Positions 45,153 to 54,433 of a DNA stretch of 56,554 nt are shown piece by piece; position 1 is the stretch's first letter; every line of letters starts with the position of its first letter. The stretch is from Gemmatimonadota bacterium (GTDB taxonomy: Bacteria; Gemmatimonadota; Gemmatimonadetes; Palauibacterales; Palauibacteraceae), in contig JBDHAC010000020.1 of assembly GCA_039588275.1 (NCBI GenBank), positions 1-56,554 on the forward strand. Reading direction: 5' to 3'. The notes under the pieces were generated by a model. It was not told the origin of the DNA. It saw nothing but the letters and a program-made list of their open reading frames with translations, and did no database searches. The translations under genes and the position numbers were made by a program.

Positions 45153-45926
45153 ATGGCCCGCGGTCCCGCAGAAATGCCGTTTCTGGACCACCTCGAGGAG
45201 TTGAGGTGGCGGCTCATCTGGAGCCTGGTCGCGCTGATCGTGGCGTGCGTTCTCGGCTTCGTCGCCGTCACCCAGCTCGATATCCTCGGCCTGATCGAGC
45301 GGCCGATCCGGGACCTTCTGCCTCCCGATCAGAAGCTCATCTACACGAGTCCGACGACTCCACTCTTCGTGACATTCAAGCTTGCCTTCGTCGGAGGGCT
45401 CGTGTTGGCCCTTCCGTTTCTGGGCTTCCAGCTATGGGCGTTCCTGTCGCCGGCACTGTATGACCACGAGCGCCGATTCGTCGTACCCGGGATTGCGGCC
45501 GCCAGCCTTCTGTTCCTGGCCGGCGTCGCGATGGCGTACTTCCTCGTCCTCCCGCTCGGTTTGAAGATCCTGCTCAGCTTTCATTCCGAGTCCCTGCAAC
45601 CCTTCATCACGATCGATGCGCACCTTCGATTCGCCGTGGGACTCATCCTGGCGTTCGGGGCCATCTTCGAGCTCCCGGTCGTGCTGGTGCTGCTCTCGGT
45701 CATGGGAATCGTGACTCCCGACGGGCTCGCGAAGTATCGGCGCCATGCGATCGTCGTCCTGGCGATCCTGTCCGCCTTCCTGACTCCGGCCGATCCGTAC
45801 ACGATGATGATGATGCTGCTGCCGATGATGCTCTTGTACGAGTCGAGCATATGGGTGACCCGCGCCATCGCCGGAAGACGCGAACGCGCGACCGAGCTCG
45901 CGAAGACGGAAGGGAGCGCCGCCTGA
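45153..45926 (+). CDS. tatC: Twin-arginine translocase TatC
   Basis: EMPFLDHLEELR, QLWAFLSPALY..E, FELPV, LTPADP, LYE. Confidence 0.97.
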   Translation: MARGPAEMPFLDHLEELRWRLIWSLVALIVACVLGFVAVTQLDILGLIERPIRDLLPPDQKLIYTSPTTPLFVTFKLAFVGGLVLALPFLGFQLWAFLSPALYDHERRFVVPGIAAASLLFLAGVAMAYFLVLPLGLKILLSFHSESLQPFITIDAHLRFAVGLILAFGAIFELPVVLVLLSVMGIVTPDGLAKYRRHAIVVLAILSAFLTPADPYTMMMMLLPMMLLYESSIWVTRAIAGRRERATELAKTEGSAA

Positions 45927-48895
45927 GCCCTCACGCCGCTCCCCGTCTGTTCCTGGCGGCGGTCCTGATCGGAGCGGCGGGTACGAGTGCGACGGCGGTG
46001 GCCAGCCCGGACGGCGCCCGAGGGGGCTCGGCCTTCTCGGCGTTTGCCGCTGATACCGATTCCGTGGCGCGCGATACGATTCGCCGAGATACCCTTCCTC
46101 GTGACACACTCCCGCGCGATACCGTCGTTCGTGACACCACCCGGCGGGATTCCGCGGATCGCGTCGCCAGACAGGAGCGCGACACCAGCGAGGTTGAAAG
46201 GACGGTGTTTCCCGAACCGGATTCGATCTTCGAGCGACTCGCCGATCTGCCCGGTTTTCGGATCGTGGAGTATCGAGGTCGCGATGTCGAGCTGGCGGTG
46301 AAGGAGGAAGCCGTTCGCCTGCGTGGCGAGGCGCAGGCGAAGTACGCCACTTCCGTCCTCGAGGCGGACACCATCTCCTACCTGGCCGGACTCCAGTTCA
46401 TCCGAGCGCAGCGGAACGTGTCGCTCGCCGCGGAGGGTCAAAGCGGAACGACCGACTCGATCGTGTACTACGACGTCTCCAGCCTCAAGGGGACGATCAT
46501 GGACGCGCGCACCTCGTTCTCGGAAGCCGGCGCCGAGTGGTACGTACGTGGTGACGCGACGCTGCGCGGCGAGCGCACGGTCTTCGTGGAATCCGGTGCC
46601 TTCACCACCTGCGACCTCGACGAGCCGCACTATCACTTCAAGGCCGGCAAGATCAAGGTCGTCACCGAGAACGTGATCGTCGCCTGGCCGGTCACGCTCT
46701 ACATCAACGGCGTGCCGATCGCGTGGCTGCCCTTCTTCGCGCAGGACATCCGGCCGGGGCGGCGAAGCGGCTTCTTGCCACCTCGCTTCGGCATCAACGA
46801 CATCGTCTCGACATCGGGCAACGTCCGCCGGCAGATCTCGGATTTCGGGTATTACTTCGCGATCAACGACTTCATGGATTCGCAGATCACGGTCGATTGG
46901 TTCAGCGGGCAGTACACGCGCCTGAACGGCGCGTTCAGGTATCGGGACCTGAAGAAGTACCTGCGGGGCAATCTCCGAACCAGTTACAGCTTCGGCAGCC
47001 AGGGGAATACGTACGAGCTCAGCGCCAACCACCAGCAGGAACTCACCCCGGTCACCGACATCCGCCTGAACGCGAACTTCATCCAGAACACGAGGCTGTT
47101 CGAGGAGCGTAGCTTCGATCCGCGCGAGCAGACGCAGAGGATCAGCTCCGACTTCGGCATGAACCACCGCTTCCCGTTCGCCGCCGTGAGCCTGAGCGCC
47201 CGCCGCAACCAGTCCCTGGGCACCCAACGGGGCCGGACCGAGCTCACGTTGCCGGACCTCCGTCTCAGCTTCTCGCCTCTCACGCTGTTCCGGGCGCCGC
47301 GCACGCGGGCCGGACTATTCAACAACATGACGCTCTCCGGTGGGCTGAGCTTCCGGCGGAGGGGCGAGAGCAATGAAGAAGCCGAGGACCGTCTGACTAC
47401 CGACGCCGGCGCCAACGCCAGTCTGCGTATCGGCTCGCTGGGGCTCGCTGGTAGCACCACGATGAACACGGTGCGCACCACCCCGTTCGATTCGGCTGGC
47501 GCCGCGCCGCCCGCGTTCTCGCGCACGTTGATCAACTACAGTAGCAGCCTCGACTACCAGCTGGACCTGATGGGAAGCACGACCCTCCGGCCCACGGTGA
47601 GTCTCGCAGCCGCGGCGTTCCGATCGCCGGACACGAATGAGGAGTTCGTGAGCGCCCCGGTGCGGCTGAGCCTCGGGGCCTCGCTCTCCACGGACCTGTA
47701 CGGGTTCCTTCCCGGGTTCGGACCGTTCTCCCGCATCCGGCACAAGGTGTCGCCCCGGTTCCAATACTCGTACTCGCCCGAGGTCACGGTCGACGATTCA
47801 CTCCTCGCGATACCCGGTTTCCCGGGATCGGCTTCCGGTGAGCAAAACACGCTCTCGTTCACCCTGAACCAGACGTTCGAAGCGAAGGTGCGCGAGGACG
47901 TGGTCCTGGACGAGGAAGAACGAGAACTGCTCGAGGACGTGGACGAGGAAGACGAGGCGGCGCCAGCGGAGCCGGCGGAAGAGGGCGCGGAAGGTGAGCC
48001 CGCCGCCGTCGAGTCTCCGCCCGGAGAACCGGGAGCCGAGGAGGTCTCGCCCGAGGCGGAGGCGCCGGAGGCCGAGGCGCAGCCCCCCCCTGCCGATAGC
48101 CTCGAGGCGGGAGCTCCCGGGCAGGCCGCGGCGCCTCGCGGACAGACCCCCGCACAGACCCAGCGGTCGGGAGCCCGGCAGGCTCCCCAGCAGCGGAACG
48201 TCGTGCTCCTCGGAATCAACTCGAGTGCGCTTCGCTTCGACTTCGCGACCAAGGAAGGGCCGAAGCTCGTCAGCGAGACATGGAACCACAGGGTCAACTC
48301 CGACCTGCTTCGCGGACTGGCCCTCAACTTCTCGCTCGACCTGTTCAAAGGTTCAGGGCCCGAGCGAGAGTTCAGCCCGATCCTCTCCGACCTCACGGGG
48401 AGCTTCACGTTCAGCTCGGCCCGCGGACTCGGCGGCATCCTCGGGCTCGGCCGGACCGGTTCGGGCTCACGCTTCGATCCCGAACGACGGATTCGACAGA
48501 GCGTCGATTCGCGCTATCGACTGCAGTCGTTCGACGAGAACCCCGACCCTCGCGACCCCGGCTTGCGGGGAGGGGGACCCTGGAACCTGTCCTTGACCTA
48601 CTCGCTCCGCCGCGCGCGGACCGAAGAGAGCGGAACGGACCGACAGAACCTGTCGGCCATCCTTTCGTTACAGCCCACCCCGAACTGGCGTCTCCAATGG
48701 CGGACCAGCTACAACATCACGGACAAGAAGTTCGGCGAGCACCTCGTCACGCTCGACAGAGACCTGCACCGGTGGATGGCCTCCTTCGTCTTTGCCCGCT
48801 CCCCCAACGGGAATTTCCTCTTCTCGCTCAGCGTTCGTCTCCGCGATGCTCCCGACCTGAAGTTCGACTACGACCAACATAGCGTGGACCGCTGA
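45851..48895 (+). CDS. Putative LPS-assembly protein LptD-like outer membrane protein (true start probably near 45923)
   Basis: Signal-like RLFLAAVLIGAAG..AVA; FTTCDLDEPHYHF, RRSGFLPP, C-terminal DRDLHRW..F; long amphipathic beta-strands. Confidence 0.8.
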   Translation: MGDPRHRRKTRTRDRAREDGRERRLSPHAAPRLFLAAVLIGAAGTSATAVASPDGARGGSAFSAFAADTDSVARDTIRRDTLPRDTLPRDTVVRDTTRRDSADRVARQERDTSEVERTVFPEPDSIFERLADLPGFRIVEYRGRDVELAVKEEAVRLRGEAQAKYATSVLEADTISYLAGLQFIRAQRNVSLAAEGQSGTTDSIVYYDVSSLKGTIMDARTSFSEAGAEWYVRGDATLRGERTVFVESGAFTTCDLDEPHYHFKAGKIKVVTENVIVAWPVTLYINGVPIAWLPFFAQDIRPGRRSGFLPPRFGINDIVSTSGNVRRQISDFGYYFAINDFMDSQITVDWFSGQYTRLNGAFRYRDLKKYLRGNLRTSYSFGSQGNTYELSANHQQELTPVTDIRLNANFIQNTRLFEERSFDPREQTQRISSDFGMNHRFPFAAVSLSARRNQSLGTQRGRTELTLPDLRLSFSPLTLFRAPRTRAGLFNNMTLSGGLSFRRRGESNEEAEDRLTTDAGANASLRIGSLGLAGSTTMNTVRTTPFDSAGAAPPAFSRTLINYSSSLDYQLDLMGSTTLRPTVSLAAAAFRSPDTNEEFVSAPVRLSLGASLSTDLYGFLPGFGPFSRIRHKVSPRFQYSYSPEVTVDDSLLAIPGFPGSASGEQNTLSFTLNQTFEAKVREDVVLDEEERELLEDVDEEDEAAPAEPAEEGAEGEPAAVESPPGEPGAEEVSPEAEAPEAEAQPPPADSLEAGAPGQAAAPRGQTPAQTQRSGARQAPQQRNVVLLGINSSALRFDFATKEGPKLVSETWNHRVNSDLLRGLALNFSLDLFKGSGPEREFSPILSDLTGSFTFSSARGLGGILGLGRTGSGSRFDPERRIRQSVDSRYRLQSFDENPDPRDPGLRGGGPWNLSLTYSLRRARTEESGTDRQNLSAILSLQPTPNWRLQWRTSYNITDKKFGEHLVTLDRDLHRWMASFVFARSPNGNFLFSLSVRLRDAPDLKFDYDQHSVDR
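46058..46156 (+). repeat. Seven degenerate 15-nt coding repeats (D-[S/T]-x-x-R)
   Basis: DSVAR DTIRR DTLPR DTLPR DTVVR DTTRR DSA. Confidence 0.85.
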
Positions 48896-48898
48896 GGA

Positions 48899-49214
48899 GC
48901 AGGCTGCTGAAGGACTCCAGTGGGCCGCGTTACGAGCGCCGCGGGGGCTAATCCAAAGCGGCGCGACGACGCGATGTCGCGAGCCATCGGGGAGGAGCGA
49001 CCCGTGGCGCGCGCAGCGCGACACATTGAGCCGAAGGCGAAACCACGATGGAGATGCCCCCACGCCGCCTTAACCCGTAGGGCGCACGGGGGTTGTGGCC
49101 GAATACGGCGTCTCTCGTCGTCGACGATGCCAGGGCATCGCCTTCCTCCTCGTTCCTGGTCTTCGACTCACAAGACCCATGCGCGCGACCCACTGGAGTT
49201 CTTCAGCAGCCTGC
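48899..49214. mobile_element. Non-autonomous MITE, 316 bp, IS5/IS1182-like ends
   Basis: 26-bp TIR with one mismatch: gcaggctgctgaaggactccagtggg (48899-924)/cccactggagttcttcagcagcctgc (49189-214); internal hairpins; no transposase. Confidence 0.8.
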
Positions 49215-49300
49215 CAGGCCGGATGGCCGGCTCCTTGCCCCTTAACAGCGCTCGTTCACGGTAGTTAGCAGGGCTTCACTTGGACCCGGAACCGCAAAAT

Positions 49301-50560
49301 ATGGCGAATATTCGACGGCTGATGGCCGAAGCCCGTCGCTTGGAGGAGTCCGGCGATCTGCAAAAAGCGATCGTCCTGCATCGGCAAGCCCTTGCCGTGC
49401 AAGAAGAAACGACGGGCTTCGCCGACCTCAGCCTGTACAACGGGTTGGGGGACCTCTACCTGCGGGCCGGAGAGCTCAGAAAGGCGGTCGAAGCCTTCGA
49501 GGAAGCGGCTCAACACTGCGAGGACCAGCAGCTGTATTCGAACGGAATTGCAGTCTGCAAGAAGATTTTGCGCAACGCGCCCGACTGTGTCGGCGCGTAC
49601 CGGCGCGAGGGTCGTTTGCTGGCCCTGTCCGGCCTCGAGGCCCAGTCCCTGGCCAGCTATCGAACCTACCTCGAGCACATGAAGCGAGAGGGCCGGACGA
49701 ACGAGACTATCGAGGCTCTGTCGGAGTTCGTCGACCTCACGGCCCACGACGAGACGGCACTGGAGCTGGCGGAGCGGATGGTCGAAGTGGACAGGGGTCT
49801 GGAAGCGCTCACTCGACTGCGAGCCGTGCGCGACCGCCGTGAGGAGCAGGGTCGCGACGTCGTGGCTCTGGTCCGTCGTATTCAGGAGCTGCAACCGAGA
49901 TACGGAACTCCCGCCCAGGGGGCCACCGGTCAGAAGACCCCCTCCGCGCATCCCCGGTCGACCTCCGGCTCCGGGTCGCCACCGCCTTCGGCGGAGACGG
50001 GGTCGGAGGTCTCCTACGCAGCGCCCGAAACCCCGAAAGCCGAAGAAAGGGTGCCGTCATCCGCGTCCTCGCCCGGCCATGCGGAACCGACGGTGGGTAG
50101 GGTGCAGGCGGGGACCACTCCGGGCACGGCGAACGTCGAGGCTGACCCGCCTGCGGCTTCGGGAGGAGCGGCCGAGCCGGTAGCGAAGACCGACGATCAG
50201 GTCTCGGCTTCGAGTCACCCGCACGACTCCGATTCCGACGTCACGGCACTGATGCATGAGCTTCAAGATGTCCTCTCGCGTCTGGATGGGGAGCAGAAGT
50301 TCCGGCACGCGCTCCCGATCGTGGAGCATCTGCTCGAGTTCGAGCCCGATCGATTCGAGCTGCTTCATCGAAAGCTCGGCTACGCGTACGCGCTCGGAGA
50401 GGAAGCGGCTACGATCGCGGCGTACCTGGCCCTGGGCGAGTGCCTCGATCGGCACCTCAGCTCTTTTTCTATCCGCGCGCTCTCGACCTCGACACCCGAC
50501 GGCGATGTCAAAGCGGCCCTCAAGGTCGAGGAATTTCCGGAAGTGGCTCCCACTTCCTAG
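49301..50560 (+). CDS. TPR protein, short paralogue of the downstream gene
   Basis: ATG 49301; N-terminal TPRs (ADLSLYNGLGDLYLRAG, GIAVCKKILR), Ser/Pro-rich linker, short helical C-terminus. Confidence 0.8.
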   Translation: MANIRRLMAEARRLEESGDLQKAIVLHRQALAVQEETTGFADLSLYNGLGDLYLRAGELRKAVEAFEEAAQHCEDQQLYSNGIAVCKKILRNAPDCVGAYRREGRLLALSGLEAQSLASYRTYLEHMKREGRTNETIEALSEFVDLTAHDETALELAERMVEVDRGLEALTRLRAVRDRREEQGRDVVALVRRIQELQPRYGTPAQGATGQKTPSAHPRSTSGSGSPPPSAETGSEVSYAAPETPKAEERVPSSASSPGHAEPTVGRVQAGTTPGTANVEADPPAASGGAAEPVAKTDDQVSASSHPHDSDSDVTALMHELQDVLSRLDGEQKFRHALPIVEHLLEFEPDRFELLHRKLGYAYALGEEAATIAAYLALGECLDRHLSSFSIRALSTSTPDGDVKAALKVEEFPEVAPTS

Positions 50561-50590
50561 GCCGACTTCCGGGATACGGACAAGAACGCC

Positions 50591-53500
50591 ATGGCGGACG
50601 TCACGCGGCTGAAAAACCGCGCCCGGCGCGAAGAGCAACGCGAGAATTGGTCGCGTGCAATCGAGCTGTACACGCAGGCGTTGAGCGAGAGCCAGAAGCA
50701 AGGCGACTCGGTCGCTGATCTGAGCCTCTACAACCGGATCGGTGACATTTACCTGCGGATCGGTCAGAAGAACACCGCGATCCGTTATTACGAGGAGGCG
50801 ATCGAGCGGTACGCGGAGCAGGAGCTCCACGCGAGCGCCATCGCGCTGTGCAACAAGGTGCTGCGGATCCACCCCGCTCGCAGCTCCGTCTTCCTGCAAC
50901 TGGGTCGCTTGCACCTGGCCACCAACCTGATCGCAGACGCCGGGGCACACTATCATCGGTACGCCGAGGCCATGTGGGAGTTTGGCAACGAGGTGGCCGC
51001 GCTCGAAGGTCTCGAGGAACTGATCGAGCAAACCGGTGATGCGAGGAGCGTCGACGTTTGGGTCCGGTGGTGGAGCATTGCGAGCGACCGGGAGGCGGCC
51101 GAAGCGCGCGTCGGAGCTTTCCGCGAGGTCGTAGCCGCGTACGACTTCGACCTGGACGACCTCCTGGCGCAGGTAGGCCCCGCGGAGGCGCCTGCGGCCG
51201 GGGTCCGACAGGTGACACCCGCGGACGAGTCGCGCGGGTCCACGGGAGCGACCGTCGCGCCTGCGTCCGAGTACGAGACCGAGGAGGACGCACCCCCGCT
51301 CCCGCTGCTGGATGAGCCTCCCGTCGAGACGGTACCGGCATCGATCGAGGCTGCCAGCGAGAGCGAACCGGCACCTGCACCCCTGGGTGAGACGGAGCCC
51401 GCTTTCGAGATCGAGTTCGAGGAGGATGACGAGCTACCCGAGCCGGCCGGGCTCACCGAGCCGGTACCGGCGGACGCGGAAACGACGGACGAAGAGAGCT
51501 GGGCGATACCGTGGGAGTGGGAGGGCGACGAAGAGGAGTCTCCCGGAATGGACTCCGAGGTACCGGAGATCGCTGTAACGGGAGACTGGGGACCGGCCCT
51601 CGAGCTGGGCGAAGTTGCCGATCCGCTCGCGGGTCGGGAGACCTCCGCCTCTGCCTCGCTACTCGATTCGCTCGAGCCCGGCAGCCGGGACCCGCTGGCC
51701 AGCGAGAGCGTGGTGGCTCCGGGCCCGCATGATGGCAACGAGTCGCTGGTCCTGCATCCCGATCTCGGCGAGGAGTCGGAGCGCCCCGCCGCCTGGTACG
51801 ACAACCCCGAGGCCGGCGTCGGGTTAGACCCACCCCCGCCTTCTCACGGCGGCTATTCCACCGAATCGCCGGAGTACGCCGCGCGTCCATCCGGGACACC
51901 AGGAGAAGCTGACCGCGGTCAGACCGACGGGTGCGAGGCCTCGGTGTCGGTCGGCCACCCATCGCGCACCGATCGTCCTGGTGGCGAGGGAGCCGAGCCA
52001 CCCGCCATGTGGGCACACTTCGAGCCAAGCGGCACCCGCAGGACCGATCTCGATTCGCTGGAGGCGCAGGATCTCGCCCTCACGAGCTACGATTCGATCC
52101 CTTTCCAAGCGGAAACGGATGAGCGCTCCGCGGACGACGAGTTCCCGCTTCACGAACTGGTGGATCAGGCGGAGAGCCTGGCCACGGATGAGTCCAGTGC
52201 GAGCCCTCATTCACCGACTCCGGACGCCGCGCCGTTCGAGCGCGAGTGCTCGATCGAGAGCACGAGCGTCGACGGACTGACCTCCGAGGACTTGACTCCG
52301 TGGACGCCGGCGGCCCTCGACGCGGAGCCGGTCGAGATCGACCCGGGCGATTCCCTCCAACTCGAGGAGTCGACACCGCAACGCGGTGTCGACGAGCCGG
52401 TCGAGGTGTCCGGGTCTTGGCCGGTGGCGGGCGATGAACCCGAGCCGACCGCAGCGCCCGGGTCCTGGCCCGATGCCAGCGAGGAGCTGGAACCGGCCGG
52501 TGCAGCCGTCGACGCGCTGGAGGAGGATCTGGCGTCGCTGAAGCTGGCGGGGTTGGATGCCGGCGCCGAGCCGCCCGAGCGGTCGACGGAGAGCGAAGCA
52601 CAGTTCCTCGAGTCCCTCGACGCGGTCCGGGAGGCGCACGCTGGAAGCGAAGCGGCGGGCGAGGAGACCGACTCGCTACGCGAGGGCCCGCCGCTGCCGG
52701 CGGAATTGGATCCGCCGGTTTCGCAGCGCGCACCTGACCTGGGCTCCGACACCGTGGAAGCGGACGCCGCCTCTCCCATCGACTTGGAGCACACGATCGT
52801 TGAAGATCCGGTCATGCCGGAGGCAGATCCGGTCACGTCGGAGGCAGATCCGCTCATGCCGGAGGCAGATCCGGTCACGTCGGAGGCAGATCCGCTCATT
52901 TCGGAGGATTCGACGGCGGAGGAGAGCCGAGCATGGGCAGAGGACGCCCACATCGAGCTCGAGACCGAGGAGGAGACCCAACCGCTACCCTCGCCGGGCC
53001 CTGAAGTTACCGCGTTCGCCGGATCTGAACCGGATGACGATCTGAGCGCGCTCCACCAGGTGCCCATCGATGTGGAGGAAGTCGCGTGGTCCGAAGAGCG
53101 GGCGCCCGAACAGCCAGCTCAAGAGCCCCCGGCGCCGTCGCTTGCCGCAGCACCTGAATCCGAATCGCTCCCGGCGGAGCCGGAGCCGGGCATCGCCGCC
53201 ACGCGCCCGGCGAGCCTGGAGGAAGCGAAGCGCCTCCTGGATGCCGATCCGTCCCGGCCGACCGATGATCCCGGTGGTCTCCCGGGTGGAGGAAGTGGGG
53301 TCGAAGGGGCGCCCAAGCTGGAGGGAGAGCGAGAGGATGCCTTCCGCGAGTGGGTGCAGTCCGCCTCGCCGCCGGTACTTCAGCGCGCGCTGACGGAGCT
53401 CGAGATGCGAGCCGAGCTCGACAAGGGGTTGATGGTCGTGGAGCGCCTCATGGCGCTGGATCCCGACAAGCCCGACTTACTGCGGAAGCGCCTCGAATAT

Positions 53501-54283
53501 GCATCGGCCCTCCGTAACGATGCAGTGGTCCTCGAAACCCATATCACCCTAGGCCAGTCTCTGGAACGCGCGGGACGGACGCTCGAGGCTCGCAAGGCGT
53601 ACGAAAGTCTCTTGGCGCTCGATCCGGATCACGCCATCGCGACGGAAGCGGTCCAACGCTTGCAAGACGTGACCGACGGGCATGTCGAACAGGAGGAGGG
53701 TGTGGCGTTGGCTCACCCGACAGAAGCCATGCATGGACCAACAACGATCGGTGGAATGTCGAGATCCTCTGGGTACGGAGGTTTGGCCGGGAGTGGGGCG
53801 CTCGATGCACCGGAGGAAAAGCCGCAGCCCTATTCCGGCCTCGCGGGCGGGCGTGATGCGGCGGCGGATTTCGAGCAGCTCCTGTCCGAGTTTCGCGCCG
53901 AGCTGCACGAACGTCCACAGCAGTCCGACTCGATGACACGAACGGAGCTCGGCGCCAGCCTGAAGGAGATGGGACGACTGGACGATGCGATCCGCGAGCT
54001 CCAGGCCGCCGTGCGAGAGCCTCAAGCGCCGCCGATGGCGTACGAGTTGCTGGGTGAAGCGTTCCTCGACAAAGGCCAGGCCAGGGTGGCGATGCGTCTC
54101 TTGCGGCAAGCCCTGGACGGCAGCCCGTGGGACGAGCGCGAAACGCTGGGTGTTCTCTACCAGCTGGGGGTGGCGTACCAGGAGCTCGGTGAATCGACGA
54201 ACGCGCTCGGGTGCTACGAGCGTATCTTCAGCGTAGATATCGACTACAAGGACGTCCAGGAGAGAATCTTGAGCTGCTCTTGA
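50591..54283 (+). CDS. Large TPR protein with acidic disordered linker (SgmX-like architecture)
   Basis: N-terminal TPRs (ADLSLYNRIGDIYLRIG), long D/E/P-rich linker, middle TPRs, C-terminal TPRs LG.SLKEMG.LDDAI.E...IFSVDIDYKDV.ERI. Confidence 0.85.
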   Translation: MADVTRLKNRARREEQRENWSRAIELYTQALSESQKQGDSVADLSLYNRIGDIYLRIGQKNTAIRYYEEAIERYAEQELHASAIALCNKVLRIHPARSSVFLQLGRLHLATNLIADAGAHYHRYAEAMWEFGNEVAALEGLEELIEQTGDARSVDVWVRWWSIASDREAAEARVGAFREVVAAYDFDLDDLLAQVGPAEAPAAGVRQVTPADESRGSTGATVAPASEYETEEDAPPLPLLDEPPVETVPASIEAASESEPAPAPLGETEPAFEIEFEEDDELPEPAGLTEPVPADAETTDEESWAIPWEWEGDEEESPGMDSEVPEIAVTGDWGPALELGEVADPLAGRETSASASLLDSLEPGSRDPLASESVVAPGPHDGNESLVLHPDLGEESERPAAWYDNPEAGVGLDPPPPSHGGYSTESPEYAARPSGTPGEADRGQTDGCEASVSVGHPSRTDRPGGEGAEPPAMWAHFEPSGTRRTDLDSLEAQDLALTSYDSIPFQAETDERSADDEFPLHELVDQAESLATDESSASPHSPTPDAAPFERECSIESTSVDGLTSEDLTPWTPAALDAEPVEIDPGDSLQLEESTPQRGVDEPVEVSGSWPVAGDEPEPTAAPGSWPDASEELEPAGAAVDALEEDLASLKLAGLDAGAEPPERSTESEAQFLESLDAVREAHAGSEAAGEETDSLREGPPLPAELDPPVSQRAPDLGSDTVEADAASPIDLEHTIVEDPVMPEADPVTSEADPLMPEADPVTSEADPLISEDSTAEESRAWAEDAHIELETEEETQPLPSPGPEVTAFAGSEPDDDLSALHQVPIDVEEVAWSEERAPEQPAQEPPAPSLAAAPESESLPAEPEPGIAATRPASLEEAKRLLDADPSRPTDDPGGLPGGGSGVEGAPKLEGEREDAFREWVQSASPPVLQRALTELEMRAELDKGLMVVERLMALDPDKPDLLRKRLEYASALRNDAVVLETHITLGQSLERAGRTLEARKAYESLLALDPDHAIATEAVQRLQDVTDGHVEQEEGVALAHPTEAMHGPTTIGGMSRSSGYGGLAGSGALDAPEEKPQPYSGLAGGRDAAADFEQLLSEFRAELHERPQQSDSMTRTELGASLKEMGRLDDAIRELQAAVREPQAPPMAYELLGEAFLDKGQARVAMRLLRQALDGSPWDERETLGVLYQLGVAYQELGESTNALGCYERIFSVDIDYKDVQERILSCS
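52805..52909 (+). repeat. In-frame tandem repeat, 5 x 21 nt
   Basis: Units gatccg(g/c)tca(t/c)...cggagg encoding DPVMPEA/DPVTSEA/DPLMPEA/DPVTSEA/DPLISED. Confidence 0.92.
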
Positions 54284-54433
54284 GGCGGCCACCCGCAGTC
54301 TCACGAACCGGCGCGTGCCGCGATCGGTGTCAGGCCGCCATCGGTCCACCGGTGCACCGCTTTGACAACCATGCGGCCCTCCTCAACATTCTCCCGCTCG
54401 ACTGATCGATGGATCCGCACCCGAGGGCGCGCT

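Noticed and set aside
48920..49264. 114-aa ORF as a transposase
   Set aside because: Arg/Ala-rich with no DDE features; lies within the MITE and only the FFSSL terminus resembles an IS end
52805..52909. Possible CRISPR array
   Set aside because: Contiguous in-frame repeats with no unique spacers and no cas genes
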